NCBI GenBank assembly: GCA_964016885.1
Contig: OZ024764.1
Coordinates: 24,056,001-24,120,000 of the forward strand
DNA length: 64,000 nt
Source of the DNA: Eledone cirrhosa
Taxonomy: Eukaryota
Reading direction: 5' to 3'
The notes under the pieces were generated by a model, which was given only the letters and a program-made list of their open reading frames with translations, had not been told where the DNA came from and made no database searches. Both the position numbers and the translations under genes were made by a program. Numbering within the stretch: the first letter of the stretch is position 1; each line of letters begins with the position of its first letter. This document shows positions 11,662 through 25,080 of this stretch, piece after piece.

Positions 11662-13107
11662 AGCTAGCAAGAAGGTAATGATTGAGTGGGGTCCATGCAT
11701 TTAACAAGCGATTAACAAAAATACAAAATTTGTTCTGTTAAATACGTCCAAAAACCTACGTATTTAGCACTTAATAGAAACAGAAAATGTAGTTTGAAGC
11801 TAGCAAGAAGGTAATGATTGAGTGGGGTCCATGCATTTAACAAGCGATTAACAAAAATACAAAATTTGTTCTGTTAAATACGTCCAAAAACCTACGTATT
11901 TAGCACTTAATAGAAACAGAAAATGTAGTTTGAAGCTAGCAAGAAGGTAATGATTGAGTGGGGTCCATGCATTTAACAAGCGATTAACAAAAATACAAAA
12001 TTTGTTCTGTTAAATACGTCCAAAAACCTACGTATTTAGCACTTAATAGAAACAGAAAATGTAGTTTGTTTTAGCGATAGATTGGCTATTTGGACTTGAT
12101 ACGAAATATGGATTGTTTTGAAAATACGCTAGGAGAGAGAGAGAGAGAGATGAAGTCTGTACATTACGTTTACATGAATTTCGTTGGGACAGCAAGCAAT
12201 GAAATGAAATTTGGCGAAGTGAATTCCTATCATATATTTATAGGGAGAGAGAGAGAGAGTGAGAGAGAGCGAGGGTAGGGGGCCACATGATGGCTGTGGG
12301 TGTTAGGCGTTTGACCGCCCCGTGCCTTCGAAGAAGGAAGAAGGAAAGGATTTTGCTTTTTTGTTTTGAAGATACGCTAGAATTAGGGATTGGGGTTTGA
12401 AAATACGTTAGGAATTAAGGTTTGAAAATAGCTAGCAAGAAGGTAATGATTGAGTGGGGTCCATGCATTTAACAAGCGATTAACAAAAATACAAAATTTG
12501 TTCTGTTAAATACGTCCAAAAACCTACGTATTTAGCACTTAATAGAAACAGAAAATGTAGTTTGAAGCTAGCAAGAAGGTAATGATTGAGTGGGGTCCAT
12601 GCATTTAACAAGCGATTAACAAAAATACAAAATTTGTTCTGTTAAATACGTCCAAAAACCTACGTATTTAGCACTTAATAGAAACAGAAAATGTAGTTTG
12701 TTTTAGCGATAGATTGGCTATTTGGACTTGATACGAAATATGGATTGTTTTGAAAATACGCTAGGAGAGAGAGAGAGAGAGATGAAGTCTGTACATTACG
12801 TTTACATGAATTTCGTTGGGACAGCAAGCAATGAAATGAAATTTGGCGAAGTGAATTCCTATCATATATTTATAGGGAGAGAGAGAGAGAGTGAGAGAGA
12901 GCGAGGGTAGGGGGCCACATGATGGCTGTGGGTGTTAGGCGTTTGACCGCCCCGTGCCTTCGAAGAAGGAAGAAGGAAAGGATTTTGCTTTTTTGTTTTG
13001 AAGATACGCTAGAATTAGGGATTGGGGTTTGAAAATACGTTAGGAATTAAGGTTTGAAAATAGCTAGCAAGAAGGTAATGATTGAGTGGGGTCCATGCAT
13101 TTAACAA
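11662..13107. repeat. 136-bp monomers nested in a 632-bp higher-order repeat upstream of the RTE ORF
   Basis: agctagcaagaaggtaatgattgag... starts at 11662, 11798, 11934, 12430, 12566 and 13062 (partial); the spacer block is duplicated 632 bp apart (ORFs 12090 and 12722 are identical). Confidence 0.92.
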
Positions 13108-13111
13108 GATA

Positions 13112-13167
<56 letters not shown>

Positions 13168-13367
13168 TATGAGTTGTATTTAATTTGTTGGAATTCCGAC
13201 AAACATAAATGTTTATAACTGATATAGAGCACTCAACAAGTTACTGGAGTAAATATTCCAAGATAATAATAAATGGAAACTATATTTATAAAACTATATT
13301 TATTTTATTATACATATTTCAAGGTGTGATTTCCATGGGTATGTCATTATTTATAAAACAAATTTTG

Positions 13368-13432
13368 TATTTTATCTGATGAAAGTGCACCAACATTTGT
13401 TTGGTCGCCCTTGAAATATATATAATAAAATA
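13368..13432 (+). ncRNA. Type I hammerhead ribozyme motif (minimal, palindromic stem III)
   Basis: tattttat-CTGATGA-stem II (aagtgc accaa...ttggt cgccctt)-GAAA-tatata-TA-ataaaata; 8-bp perfect stem I. Confidence 0.75.
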
Positions 13433-13899
13433 AATATGGTTTTATAATGCAAGCGTGGAATATGGACGTTAAACGATGATGATGAGTTTCCATTTATTAT
13501 TATCTTGGTATATATATATATATATATATACCAAGAACTATTAGATAAAATATACACAGTATTTCCTCTCCCTAGTCCATATAAATCAACCATATAAATA
13601 ATCATTTAAACAAGGCTATAAGTTTAAAATATAACTATGAAGAAATAACAGACAAATGATAGAGACTATTTTCCGCGAGGGACAGCCAGATAAAATTTAT
13701 CTAGTCATTCCTTTTAGCCCGGAGAAATTAACTAGACAAATAATCAACTACACGGAGTTAGGTCTAAAATAGAAGTTTGAAGAAAAAATGCATATAAACT
13801 TTACCAAAATTCCTCTAGTCTCTACTACCGGTAGTTTAGTTCCTTTTCTGCGGTTATACCCGATCCTGAATCTATATATATATATATAATGTTATATAT

Positions 13900-14184
13900 A
13901 TCATCATTTTACGTCCACTTTCCCCTGCTTGCAAGGGTGGGACGGGAACTGATTCTGGCTTGATTTCTACAGCTGGATGCTCTTCCTAACACCAACCTCA
14001 TTTACAGTGAGTGCTGGGTGCTTTTTTGCCGTGGCACCTCCACGACCACTTTGCTCAGCTGTAGAAATGAGATGTGACATAAAGTGTCTTGCTCAAGGAA
14101 ACAACACATCACCGGGTCCGAGAATTGAACTCACAACCTTTCGATTGCAAGGCCAATGCTCTAACCACTAAGCCATGTGCCTCC
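13900..14184 (-). mobile_element. tRNA-derived SINE with RTE-like 3' tail
   Basis: Reverse-strand copy of 30286-30632 with an internal deletion; A box tggcttagtgg, B box gttcaattc. Confidence 0.8.
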
Positions 14185-14287
14185 ATATATATATACATAT
14201 ATACATACATATATACATACATATATACATATATATATATATACATACATACATACATACATACATATACATACATACATACATATA

Positions 14288-14325
<38 letters not shown>

Positions 14326-14647
14326 AAATAAGGGTGGTGGATTGGCAGTATCAGTAGAGGGTCAGACGCCATGCTTTCCAGCATAGTTACGTCCCTTTAC
14401 GATCTGAGTTCAAATCCCGCCGAGGTTGACTTTGCCTTTCATCCTTACGGGGTCGATAAAATAAAGTACCAGTAATACACTGGATAATTGCTGGCCTTGT
14501 GCCTAACGTAGAAACAATTATATATATATTTTATATATATATATATATAATCCTTATCGAGCCCTTCCTAATGCTAAACACATTTACAGTGTGGACAGGG
14601 TGCTTTTTGCAATGTCTCCTGCACAACTCTACAGTGTGGGCTGGGTG

Positions 14648-15252
14648 CAACAACAACAACCACCACAACAACAACAACAACTACCACAACAACCACCACA
14701 ACAACAACCACAACAACAACCACCACCACAACAACAACAACAACCACCACCACCACAACAACAACTACCACAACAACCACCACAACAACAACCACAACAA
14801 CAACCACCACCACAACAACAACAACAACAACAACCACAACAACAACAACAACCACCACAACAACAACAACAACAACCACAACAACAACAACAACCACCAC
14901 AACAACAACAACAACTACCACAACAACCACCACAACAACAACCACAACAACAACCACCACAACAACAACAACAACAACCACCACCACCACAACAACAACT
15001 ACCACAACAACCACCACAACAACAACCACAACAACAACCACCACCACAACAACAACAACAACAACCACAACAACAACAACAACAACCACCACAACAACAA
15101 CCACAACCACCACCACAACATCCACAACAACCACAACAACAACCACAACAACAACAACAACAACCACCACCACCACAACAACAACAACAACCACCACAAC
15201 AACAACCACAACCACCACCACAACATCCACAACAACCACCACAACAACAACC

Positions 15253-15289
<37 letters not shown>

Positions 15290-16880
15290 CCACCACCACC
15301 ACCACCACAACCACCACCACAACATCCACAACAACCACCACAACAACAACCACAACCACCACCACAACATCCACAACAACCACCACAACAACAACAACAA
15401 CAACCACAACAACAACAACAACCACCACAACATCCACAACAACCACCACAACAACAACCACCACAACAACAACCACCACAACAACAACAACAACAACAAC
15501 CACCACCACAACAACAACCACAACAACAACAACAACAACCACCACAACAACAACAACAACAACAACCACCACCACAACATCCACAACAACCACCACAACA
15601 ACCAGAACAACCACCACCACCACAACAACAACCACCACCACCACAACAACAACCACAACAATAACAACAACCACCACCACAACAACCACAACCACTACAA
15701 CAACAACAACAACAACCACCACAACAACAACAACAACATCCACAACAACAACAACCACCACCACAACAACAACCACAACAATAACAACAACCACCACCAC
15801 AACAACAACCACAACAACCACCACCACAACAACAACCACCACCACAACAACAACAACCACCACCACAACCACAACAACCACAACAACCACAACCACAACA
15901 ACAACCACAACAACAACAACCACCACCACCACAACCACCACAACAACCACCACCACAACAACAACCACAACAACAACAACCACCACCACCACAACCACCA
16001 CAACAACCACCACCACAACAACCACCACCACAACAACCACAACAACAACCACCACCACCACAACAACCACCACCACCACAACCACCACCACAACCACCAC
16101 AACAACAACAACAACCACAACAACCACCACCACAACAACCACCACCACAACAACCACCACCACAACAACCACCACAACAACCACAACAACCACAACAACA
16201 ACCACCACCACAACAACCACCACCACAACAACAACCACAACAATAACAACCACCACCACCACCACCACAACAACAACCACCACCACAACAACCACAACCA
16301 CCACCACAACAACCACCACCACCACAACAACAACCACAACAACCACCACCACCACAACAACAACCACCACCACCACAACAACAACCACAACAACCACCAC
16401 CACAACAACAACCACAACAACAACAACAACAACCACAACAACAACCACAATAACAACCACCACCACAACAACCACCACCACAACAACCACAACAACAACC
16501 ACAACAACAACCACCACCACAACCACAACAACAACCACCACCACAACAACAACCACCACCACAACAACCACCACCACCACAACAACCACAACAACAACAA
16601 CAACAACAACCACCACCACAACCACCACCACAACAACAACCACCACCACAACAACAACCACAACAACCACCACCACCACAACAACAACCACCACCACCAC
16701 AACAACAACCACAACAACCACCACCACAACAACAACCACAACAACAACAACAACAACCACCACAACAACCACAACAACCACCACCACAACAACCACCACC
16801 ACAACAACAACAACAACCACAACAACAACCACCACCACAACAACAACCACCACCACAACAACCACCACCACCACAACAAC

Positions 16881-16911
<31 letters not shown>

Positions 16912-17303
16912 ACCACCACCACAACAACCACCACCACAACAACCACCACCACCACCACCACAACCACCACAACCACCACCACCACAACAACAACCACAAC
17001 CACAACAACAACATCCACAACCACCACAACAACCACCACCACCACAACCACCACCACCACAACCACAACCACAACCACAACCACCACAACAACAACCACA
17101 ACAACAACCACCACCACCACAACAACAACAACCACCACCACAACAACAACCACAACAACAACCACCACCACCACAACAACAACAACAACAACCACCACAA
17201 CAACCACAACAACCACCACCACAACAACCACCACCACAACAACAACCACCACCACCACCACAACAACAACCACAACCACCACAACAACAACAACAACAAC
17301 AAC
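14648..17303. repeat. 2.65-kb mixed (AAC/CAC)n trinucleotide array
   Basis: Direct inspection; source of the poly-N/H, poly-V and poly-C/G ORFs. Confidence 0.97.
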
Positions 17304-17313
17304 AGCTACTTAC

Positions 17314-17453
17314 CAATCTCCCGGTTCAGTCTGTCCATCACACTACTCCGTTCTCCGAGGTCAGCGTTGACTGCTGTTTCTAGCTGTGCTATCTGCACCT
17401 TGAGGCCAGCCTCTCTCTGGCGCCACTCCCGCTCTCGTTCCAGGTCAAAGGCA
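17314..17453 (-). CDS. RPGRIP1L: RPGRIP1L coding exon (140 nt; [46 protein letters not shown])
   Basis: tttcag acceptor, G|gtaagt donor; contains [11 protein letters not shown], matching the vertebrate RPGRIP1L stretch '[32 protein letters not shown]' as recalled. Confidence 0.93.
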
Positions 17454-17487
17454 CTGAAATGGAGGGGGGAGGGGGACATTATGAAGA

Positions 17488-19415
17488 GGTTGTGGTGGTG
17501 GTGTGGTGGTGGTGTGGTGGTGTGGTGGTGGTGTGGTGGTGGTGGTGGTGTGGTGGTGGTGTGGTGGTGGTGTTGTGGTGGTGGTGGTGTGGTGGTGGTG
17601 TGGTGGTGGTGGTGGTGTGGTGGTGGTGTGGTGGTGGTGTTGGTGGTGGTGGTGGTGTGGTGGTGGTGTGGTGGTGGTGGTGGTGTGGTGGTGGTGTGGT
17701 GGTGGTGTTGTGGTGGTGGTGGTGGTGTGGTGGTGGTGGTGGTGGTGTGGTGGTGGTGTGGTGGTGGTGTGGTGGTGGTGTGGTGATGGTGGTGTTGTGG
17801 TGGTGGTGTGGTGGTGTTGTGGTGGTGGTGGTGGTGTGGTGGTGGTGTGGTGGTGGTGTTGGTGGTGGTGGTGGTGTGGTGGTGGTGTGGTGGTGGTGGT
17901 GGTGTGGTGGTGGTGTGGTGGTGGTGTTGTGGTGGTGGTGGTGGTGTGGTGGTGGTGGTGGTGGTGTGGTGGTGGTGTGGTGGTGGTGGTGGTGTGGTGG
18001 TGGTGTGGTGGTGGTGGTGGTGGTGGTGTGGTGGTGTGGTGGTGGTGTGGTGGTGGTGGTGGTGTGGTGGTGGTGTTGTGGTGGTGGTGGTGGTGGTGGT
18101 GGTGGTGTGGTGGTGGGGAGGTATAGTGTTGGTGGTGTTGGTGGTGGTGGCGGTGTGGTGGTGGTGTGGTGGTGTGGTGGTGGTGGTGTGGTGGTGGTGT
18201 GGTGGTGTGGTGGTGGTGGTGGTGTGGTGGTGGTGTTGTGGTGGTGGTGGTGGTGTTGTGGTGGGGAGGTATAGTGTTGGTGGTGTGGTGGTGGTGGTGT
18301 GGTGGTGGTGGTGTGGTGGTGGTGTGGTGGGGAGGTATAGTGTTGGTGGTGTGGTGGTGGTGGTGGTGGTGGTGTGGTGGTGGTGGTGGTGGCGTGGTGG
18401 TGGTGGTGGTGGTGGTGGTGGTGGTGTGGTGGTGGTGGCGTGGTGGTGGTGTGGTGGTGGTGGTGTGGTGGTGGTGGTGTGGTGGTAGTGGGGTGGGGAG
18501 GTATAGTGTTGGTGGTGTGGTGGTGGTGGTGGTGGTGGTGTGGTGGTGGTGGTGGTGGCGTGGTGGTGGTGGTGGTGGTGGTGGTGGTGGTGTGGTGGTG
18601 GTGGCGTGGTGGTGGTGTGGTGGTGGTGGTGTGGTGGTGGTGTGGTGGTAGTGGGGTGGGGAAGTATAGTGTTGGTGGTGTTGGTGGTGTGGTGGTGGTG
18701 GTGTGGTGGTGTGGTGGTGGTGGTGTGGTGGTATGGTGGTGGTGGTGTGGTGGTGGTGTGGTGGTGGTGGTGTGGTGGTGGTGTGGTGGTAGTGGGGTGG
18801 GGAGGTATAGTGTTGGTGGTGTGGTGGTGTTGGTGGTGGTGTGGTGGTGGTGGTGTGGTGGTGGTGTGGTGGTGGTGGTGTGGTGGTGGGGTGGTGGTGT
18901 GGTGGTGTGGTTGTGGTGGTGGTGGTGTGGTGGTGGTGGTGGTGGTGTGGTGGTGGTGTGATGGTGGTGTGGTGGTGGTGGTGTGGTGGTGGTGGTGTGG
19001 TGGTGGTGGTGTGGTGGTGGTGTGGTGGTGGTAGTGGTGGTGTGGTGGTGGTGTGGTGGTGATGGTGTGGTGGTGGTGTTGCTTTGATTATAGCAGTCAT
19101 CTTGCTTTCTACATAGTCTTACCACCACACCACAACACCACCACCACCACCACTATACCACCACCACCACCACACCACCACAACAATCACCACCACCACC
19201 ACTACCACACCACCAACACTATACCTCCCCACCACACCACCACCACCACCACTATACCACCACCACACCACCACCAACACCACCACACCACCAACAACAA
19301 GAACAACAACACCACCACACCACCAACACTATACCCCCCCCCCCACACACACACAACCCCCACCCCCACACACACCCACTACCACCACCACCGCCACCAC
19401 CCCACCACCCCCACC
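17488..19415. repeat. (GGT/GT)n array (17488-19078) followed by an inverted (CAC)n copy (19121-19415)
   Basis: Marker gggaggtatagtgttgg in the first block appears as ccaacactatacctccc in the second. Confidence 0.93.
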
Positions 19416-19457
19416 AAAAGACCCAACTATATGAGAAATGTCTGTTGGTCTACTTAC

Positions 19458-19531
19458 GTTCTCGTCAGTTTATCATTGCTTTCCACAAGGAGTTGTTTGT
19501 CATTTTGTAAGGAGACAATCTGTTGCTGGAG
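19458..19531 (-). CDS. RPGRIP1L: RPGRIP1L coding exon (74 nt; LQQQIVSLQNDKQLLVESNDKLTR-T)
   Basis: atcccag acceptor, AC|gtaagt donor; 24 codons + 2 nt; resembles '[25 protein letters not shown]'. Confidence 0.9.
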
Positions 19532-19554
19532 CTGGGATAAAGAGAAATAGGATT

Positions 19555-21645
19555 AGAAGTGAGCTACATGTAGACAGGGCAACTCCAGCACTCCTTCCTT
19601 CTCAGAGAAGCGAGCTACATGTAAACAGGGCAACTCCAGCACTCCTTCCTTCTCAGAGAAGCGAGCTACATGTAAACAGGGCAACTCCAGCAGTCCTTCC
19701 TTCTCAGAGAAGCGAGCTACATGTAGACAGGGCAACTCCAGCACTCCTTCCTTCTCAGAGAAGCGAGCTACATGTAAACAGGGCAACTCCAGCACTCCTT
19801 CCTTCTCAGAGAAGCGAGCTACATGTAGACAGGGCAACTCCAGCACTCCTTCCTTCTCAGAGAAGCGAGCTACATGCAAACAGGGCAACTCCAGCACTCC
19901 TTCCTTCTCAGAGAAGCGAGCTACATGTAGACAGGGCAACTCCAGCACTCCTTCCTTCTCAGAGAAGCGAGCTACATGTAAACAGGGCAACTCCAGCACT
20001 CCTTCCTTCTCAGAGAAGCGAGCTACATGTAAACAGGGCAACTCCAGCAGTCCTTCCTTCTCAGAGAAGTGAGCTACATGTAGTCAGGGCAACTCCAGCA
20101 CTCCTTCCTTCTCAGAGAAGTGAGCTACATGTAGACAAGGCAACTCCAGCACTCCTTCCTTCTCAGAGAAGCGAGCTACATGTAGACAAGGCAACTCCAG
20201 CACTCCTTCCTTCTCAGAGAAGCGAGCTACATGTAGACAAGGCAACTCCAGCACTCCTTCCTTCTCAGAGAAGCGAGCTACATGTAGACAAGGCAACTCC
20301 AGCACTCCTTCCTTCTCAGAGAAGCGAGCTACATGTAGACAGGGCAACTCCAGCACTCCTTCCTTCTCAGCGAAGCGAGCTACATGTAGACAAGGCAACT
20401 CCAGCACTCCTTCCTTCTCAGAGAAGCGAGCTACATGTAGACAAGGCAACTCCAGCACTCCTTCCTTCTCAGAGAAGTGAGCTACATGTAGACAGGGCAA
20501 CTCCAGCACTCCTTCCTTCTCAGAGAAGCGAGCTACATGTAGCAGGGCAACTCCAGCACTCCTTCCTTCTCAGCGAAGCGAGCTACATGTAAACAGGGCA
20601 ACTCCAGCACTCCTTCCTTCTCAGAGAAGCGAGCTACATGTAGACAGGGCAACTCCAGCACTCCTTCCTTCTCAGAGAAGCGAGCTACATGTAGCAGGGC
20701 AACTCCAGCACTCCTTCCTTCTCAGTGAAGCGAGCTACATGTAAACAGGGCAACTCCAGCACTCCTTCCTTCTCAGAGAAGCGAGCTACATGTAGACAGG
20801 GCAACTCCAGCACTCCTTCCTTCTCAGCGAAGTGAGCTACATGTAAACAGGGCAACTCCAGCACTCCTTCCTTCTCAGAGAAGCGAGCTACATGTAGACA
20901 GGGCAACTCCAGCACTCCTTCCTTCTCAGCGAAGTGAGCTACATGTAAACAGGGCAACTCCAGCACTCCTTCCTTCTCAGAGAAGCGAGCTACATGTAGA
21001 CAGGGCAACTCCAGCACTCCTTCCTTCTCAGCGAAGTGAGCTACATGTAGACAGGGCAACTCCAGCACTCCTTCCTTCTCAGCGAAGTGAGCTACATGTA
21101 GACAGGGCAACTCCAGCACTCCTTCCTTCTCAGAGAAGCGAGCTACATGTAAACAGGGCAACTCCAGCACTCCTTCCTTCTCAGCGAAGCGAGCTACATG
21201 TAGACAGGGCAACTCCAGCACTCCTTCCTTCTCAGCGAAGTGAGCTACATGTAAACAGGGCAACTCCAGCACTCCTTCCTTCTCAGAGAAGCGAGCTACA
21301 TGTAGACAGGGCAACTCCAGCACTCCTTCCTTCTCAGCGAAGTGAGCTACATGTAGACAGGGCAACTCCAGCACTCCTTCCTTCTCAGCGAAGTGAGCTA
21401 CATGTAGACAGGGCAACTCCAGCACTCCTTCCTTCTCAGAGAAGCGAGCTACATGTAAACAGGGCAACTCCAGCACTCCTTCCTTCTCAGCGAAGCGAGC
21501 TACATGTAGACAGGGCAACTCCAGCACTCCTTCCTTCTCAGCGAAGCGAGCTACATGTAGACAGGGCATCTCCAGCACTCCTTCCTTCTCAGCGAAGCGA
21601 GCTACATGTAGACAGGGCAACTCCAGCACTCCTTCCTTCTCAGCT
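19555..21645. repeat. 51-bp minisatellite (~41 copies)
   Basis: Unit gagctacatgtagacagggcaactccagcactccttccttctcagagaagc. Confidence 0.97.
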
Positions 21646-21939
21646 TTTAGTCCAGACCCGGTTTTGTGTGTTTACTTTGTCTATTTCCTTTCTATTTAGC
21701 TGTTTTGGGGGGTGTTCGCCATGTAAGGATTTCTCTTGCCATTGATTTAGCGTGGCGCTCTGGATGTCATGTTTTCAATTGATGGCCCTTGCCATTCTGA
21801 GTTCACATCCCGCCGAGGTTAACTTTACCTTTCATCCTTACGGGGTCGATAAAATAAAGTACCAGTAATACACTGGGTAATTGCTGGCCTTGTGCCAAAA
21901 GTAGAAAAAATTATTATTACTAGCCGTGGTTTTCTGCTA

Positions 21940-23077
21940 GTATGTGTAGTGTGTATATAGATATTATACACAAGTATATATACATGTAGATATAATACAT
22001 GTGTAGTGTGTATATTGATATTATACACAAGTATATATACATGTAGATATGATACATGTGTCGTGTGTATATTGATATTATACACAAGTATATAGACATG
22101 TAGATATGATACATGTGCAGTGTGTATATAGATATTATACACAGGTATATATACATGTAGATATGATACATGTGTAGTGTGTATATAGATATTATACACA
22201 GGTATATATACATGTAGATATGATACATGTGTAGTGTGTATATTGATATTATACACAAGTATATATACATGTAGATATGTTATGTGTAGTGTGTGTATTG
22301 ATATTATACACAAGTATATATACATGTAGATATGATACATGTGTAGTGTGTATATTGATATTATACACAAGTATATATACATGTAGATATGTTATGTGTA
22401 GTGTGTGTATTGATATTATACACAAGTATATATACATGTAGATATGTTATGTGTAGTGTGTATATTGATATTATACGCACGTATATATACATGTAGATAT
22501 AATACATGTGTAGTGTGTATATTGATATTATACACAAGTATATATACATGTAGATATAATACATGTGTAGTGTGTGTATTAATATTATACACAAGTATAT
22601 ATACATGTAGATATAATACATGTGTAGTGTGTGTATTGATATTATACGCAGGTATATATACATGTAGATATGATACATGTGTAGTGTGTATATGATATTA
22701 TACACAAGTATATATACATGTAGATATGATACATGTGTAGTGTGTATATTGATATTATACACAAATATATATACATGTAGATATAATACATGTGTAGTGT
22801 GTATATTGATATTATACACAAGTATATATATACATGTAGATATGATACATGTGTGGTGTGTATATTGATATTATACACAAGTATATATACATGTAGATAT
22901 GATACATGTGTAGTGTGTGTATTGATATTATACACAGGTATATATACATGTAGATATAATACATGTGTAGTGTGTATATTGATATTATACACAAGTATAT
23001 ATACATGTAGATATAATACATGTGTAGTGTGTATATTGATATTATACACAGGTATATATACATGTAGATATGATACA
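21940..23077. repeat. 57-bp AT-rich minisatellite (~20 copies)
   Basis: Unit gtagtgtgtatattgatattatacacaagtatatatacatgtagatatgatacatgt. Confidence 0.95.
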
Positions 23078-23169
23078 TCAAATAACATCGTAATTGACAA
23101 TATACACAGAAACTGAAGAGAGACTGTGTTACACTGTCTTATGTAATCAGTAAAGTAATCCATGATACA

Positions 23170-23682
23170 TTCAGCAAGTTAGAGTTAACAATGAATATAG
23201 TGAAAAATTTAGTGTAAAAGTTGGTGTTCATCAGGGCTCTGTCCTTAGGCCCCTCCTATTTATTATTACCCTTCAGGCTATAACAGAGGAGTTCAAGACC
23301 GGCTACCCATGGGAACTCCTATACGCAGATGATCTAACGCTCATAGCTGAATCAATGGCCGAACTAGAGAAGAAATTCCAAATATGGAAGCATGGCCTAG
23401 AATCAAAAGGCCTTAAAGTTAACTTGTCTAAGATTAAAGTTCTAGTACGTAGGAAGGAAAATAGGGCACTGGTCCCATCTGGGAAATGGCCTTGCTCAGT
23501 GTGTAGGAACGGAGTAGGCAGAAACTCCATTTAATGTCCCAAATGCAAAGTATGGGTGCATAAAAGATGTAGTGGGATCACAGGTAAACTAACTAAGCAC
23601 ATAGATTTTATATGTGGCCGATGCTCAGGTGCAATAAGTAGTAGCAAGTGTCCACAGGATACTAGCTCCTTCCATTGCACAG
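23170..23682 (+). pseudogene. Decayed internal RTE fragment (RT end + PHD-type finger)
   Basis: VHQGSVL.PLLF...YADD...CSVCR..VGRNSI*CPKCKVWVHKRC...CGRC; homologous to ~8850-9360 in opposite orientation, with a stop codon. Confidence 0.88.
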
Positions 23683-23899
23683 ATGAACACCAACAGTGTG
23701 AAACAGAATCTGTCAGCTTATCTCCCTTCCTTTGCTGAAAAAAGAAGTGACATAGTCACTACTTTAAAATGATACCGTAAGGTCTTCAAAATGTTTTTAA
23801 TTAAACATACTGTATATTGCCAAATATACTATACATACATTCATGTATACATCGCTATTTCAGAGCACAAATCCTAATATATATATATATATATGTATA

Positions 23900-24243
23900 T
23901 ACGATATTAAATAAATGGAAACTATATTTATAAAACCATATTTATTTCATTATATATATTTCAGGGATATCATATTAACAATATGTTATGCCTTCTTCAG
24001 ACAAAATACAATATAGACAGTTTTATAGATAAATAGATTTGACATACCATTTGACTGCCAAATCAACTTTTTCAAATACAAGTCGATGTTGAACGGTATG
24101 TCAAATCTATTTATCTATAAAACTGTCTATATTGTATTTTGTCTGAAGAAGGCATAACATATTGTTAATATGATATCCCTGAAATATATATAATGAAATA
24201 AATATGGTTTTATAAATGTAGTTTCCATTTATTTAATATCGTA
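23900..24243. repeat. 149-bp inverted repeat (46-nt spacer) with a hammerhead motif in each arm
   Basis: 23900-24048 is the reverse complement of 24095-24243 (1 mismatch). Confidence 0.92.
24135..24200 (+). ncRNA. Hammerhead ribozyme motif, same family as 13368-13432
   Basis: tattttgt-CTGAAGA-aggcata...tatccct-GAAA-tatata-TA-atgaaata; stem I 8 bp with two G-U pairs; shares downstream flank aaatatggttttataa with the 13.4-kb copy. Confidence 0.65.
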
Positions 24244-24543
24244 AATATACTCCAAATACTTGTTGAGTGCTTTTATATCAGTTATAAATATTTACTAGTT
24301 GTAACCCAACAATTTAAATATAACTTTCCATATATATGTATATATATATATATAAATGAAGTATTTCCGTTGGAAAGGTACAGGAAAAATGAGTGCTCTC
24401 TGTAGGCTACAGAGCTTATTAGTTATGTAATAAACAACATAAGATAATTATTTCATTTTTGACGACTGAAGACAGACACAACATCTGCCTTCAAGAAACC
24501 AGTGGTAAATGAAATAATTATCTTATGTTGTTTATTACATAAC

Positions 24544-24602
<59 letters not shown>

Positions 24603-24734
24603 GTATGTGTGTATATATATCTATATATATACACACTTTCAACATGTATGCACAAACACACACACATATATAAATATATATATATATATATATTTATATA
24701 TGTGTGTGTGTGTATATATATCTATATATCTATC

Positions 24735-24765
<31 letters not shown>

Positions 24766-24907
24766 GTTTCAACATGTATGCACAAACACACACACATATA
24801 TACATGCACACACACATGCATAGGCCCATGTGCACACATGCCCAAGTAGTCCATGTGAAGTGCTGACAATATATAAAGTGATAAAGTGTGGAGTATATGG
24901 ATCTCAC

Positions 24908-25054
24908 CTCTCGCATGCTGGCACACTTGGAGGTGGCTATCTTGAGTTGCTGCTGAAGACTGAGTTGTTTGCTTTGTTCTTCCTTCAGCTGTGTGGTCAG
25001 TCGGTCCATCTCCCCGAGTACCGACTGGTAGGTGACCCTCATGGTGGACAGGTC
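24908..25054 (-). CDS. RPGRIP1L: RPGRIP1L coding exon (147 nt; DLSTMRVTYQSVLGEMDRLTTQLKEEQSKQLSLQQQLKIATSKCASMRE)
   Basis: ctccag acceptor, GAG|gtgaga donor; 49 codons, phase 0-0; resembles '[35 protein letters not shown]'. Confidence 0.9.
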
Positions 25055-25080
25055 CTGGAGAACATAGCGAGATGGAGGGA

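Larger units (their letters stand above)
7852..13108 (-). mobile_element. Apparently full-length RTE-clade LINE (tandem-monomer 5' region, single ORF, 3' UTR, (GAT)n tail)
   Basis: Intact ORF 8253-11624; 3' UTR 7852-8252 with (gat)n tail; both ends lie in (TA)n. Confidence 0.88.

Noticed and set aside
14499-19128. Very long ORFs (poly-N/H, poly-V, poly-C/G, H/T/P-rich)
   Set aside because: Translations of triplet arrays that lack stop codons in several frames on both strands; they lie in RPGRIP1L introns
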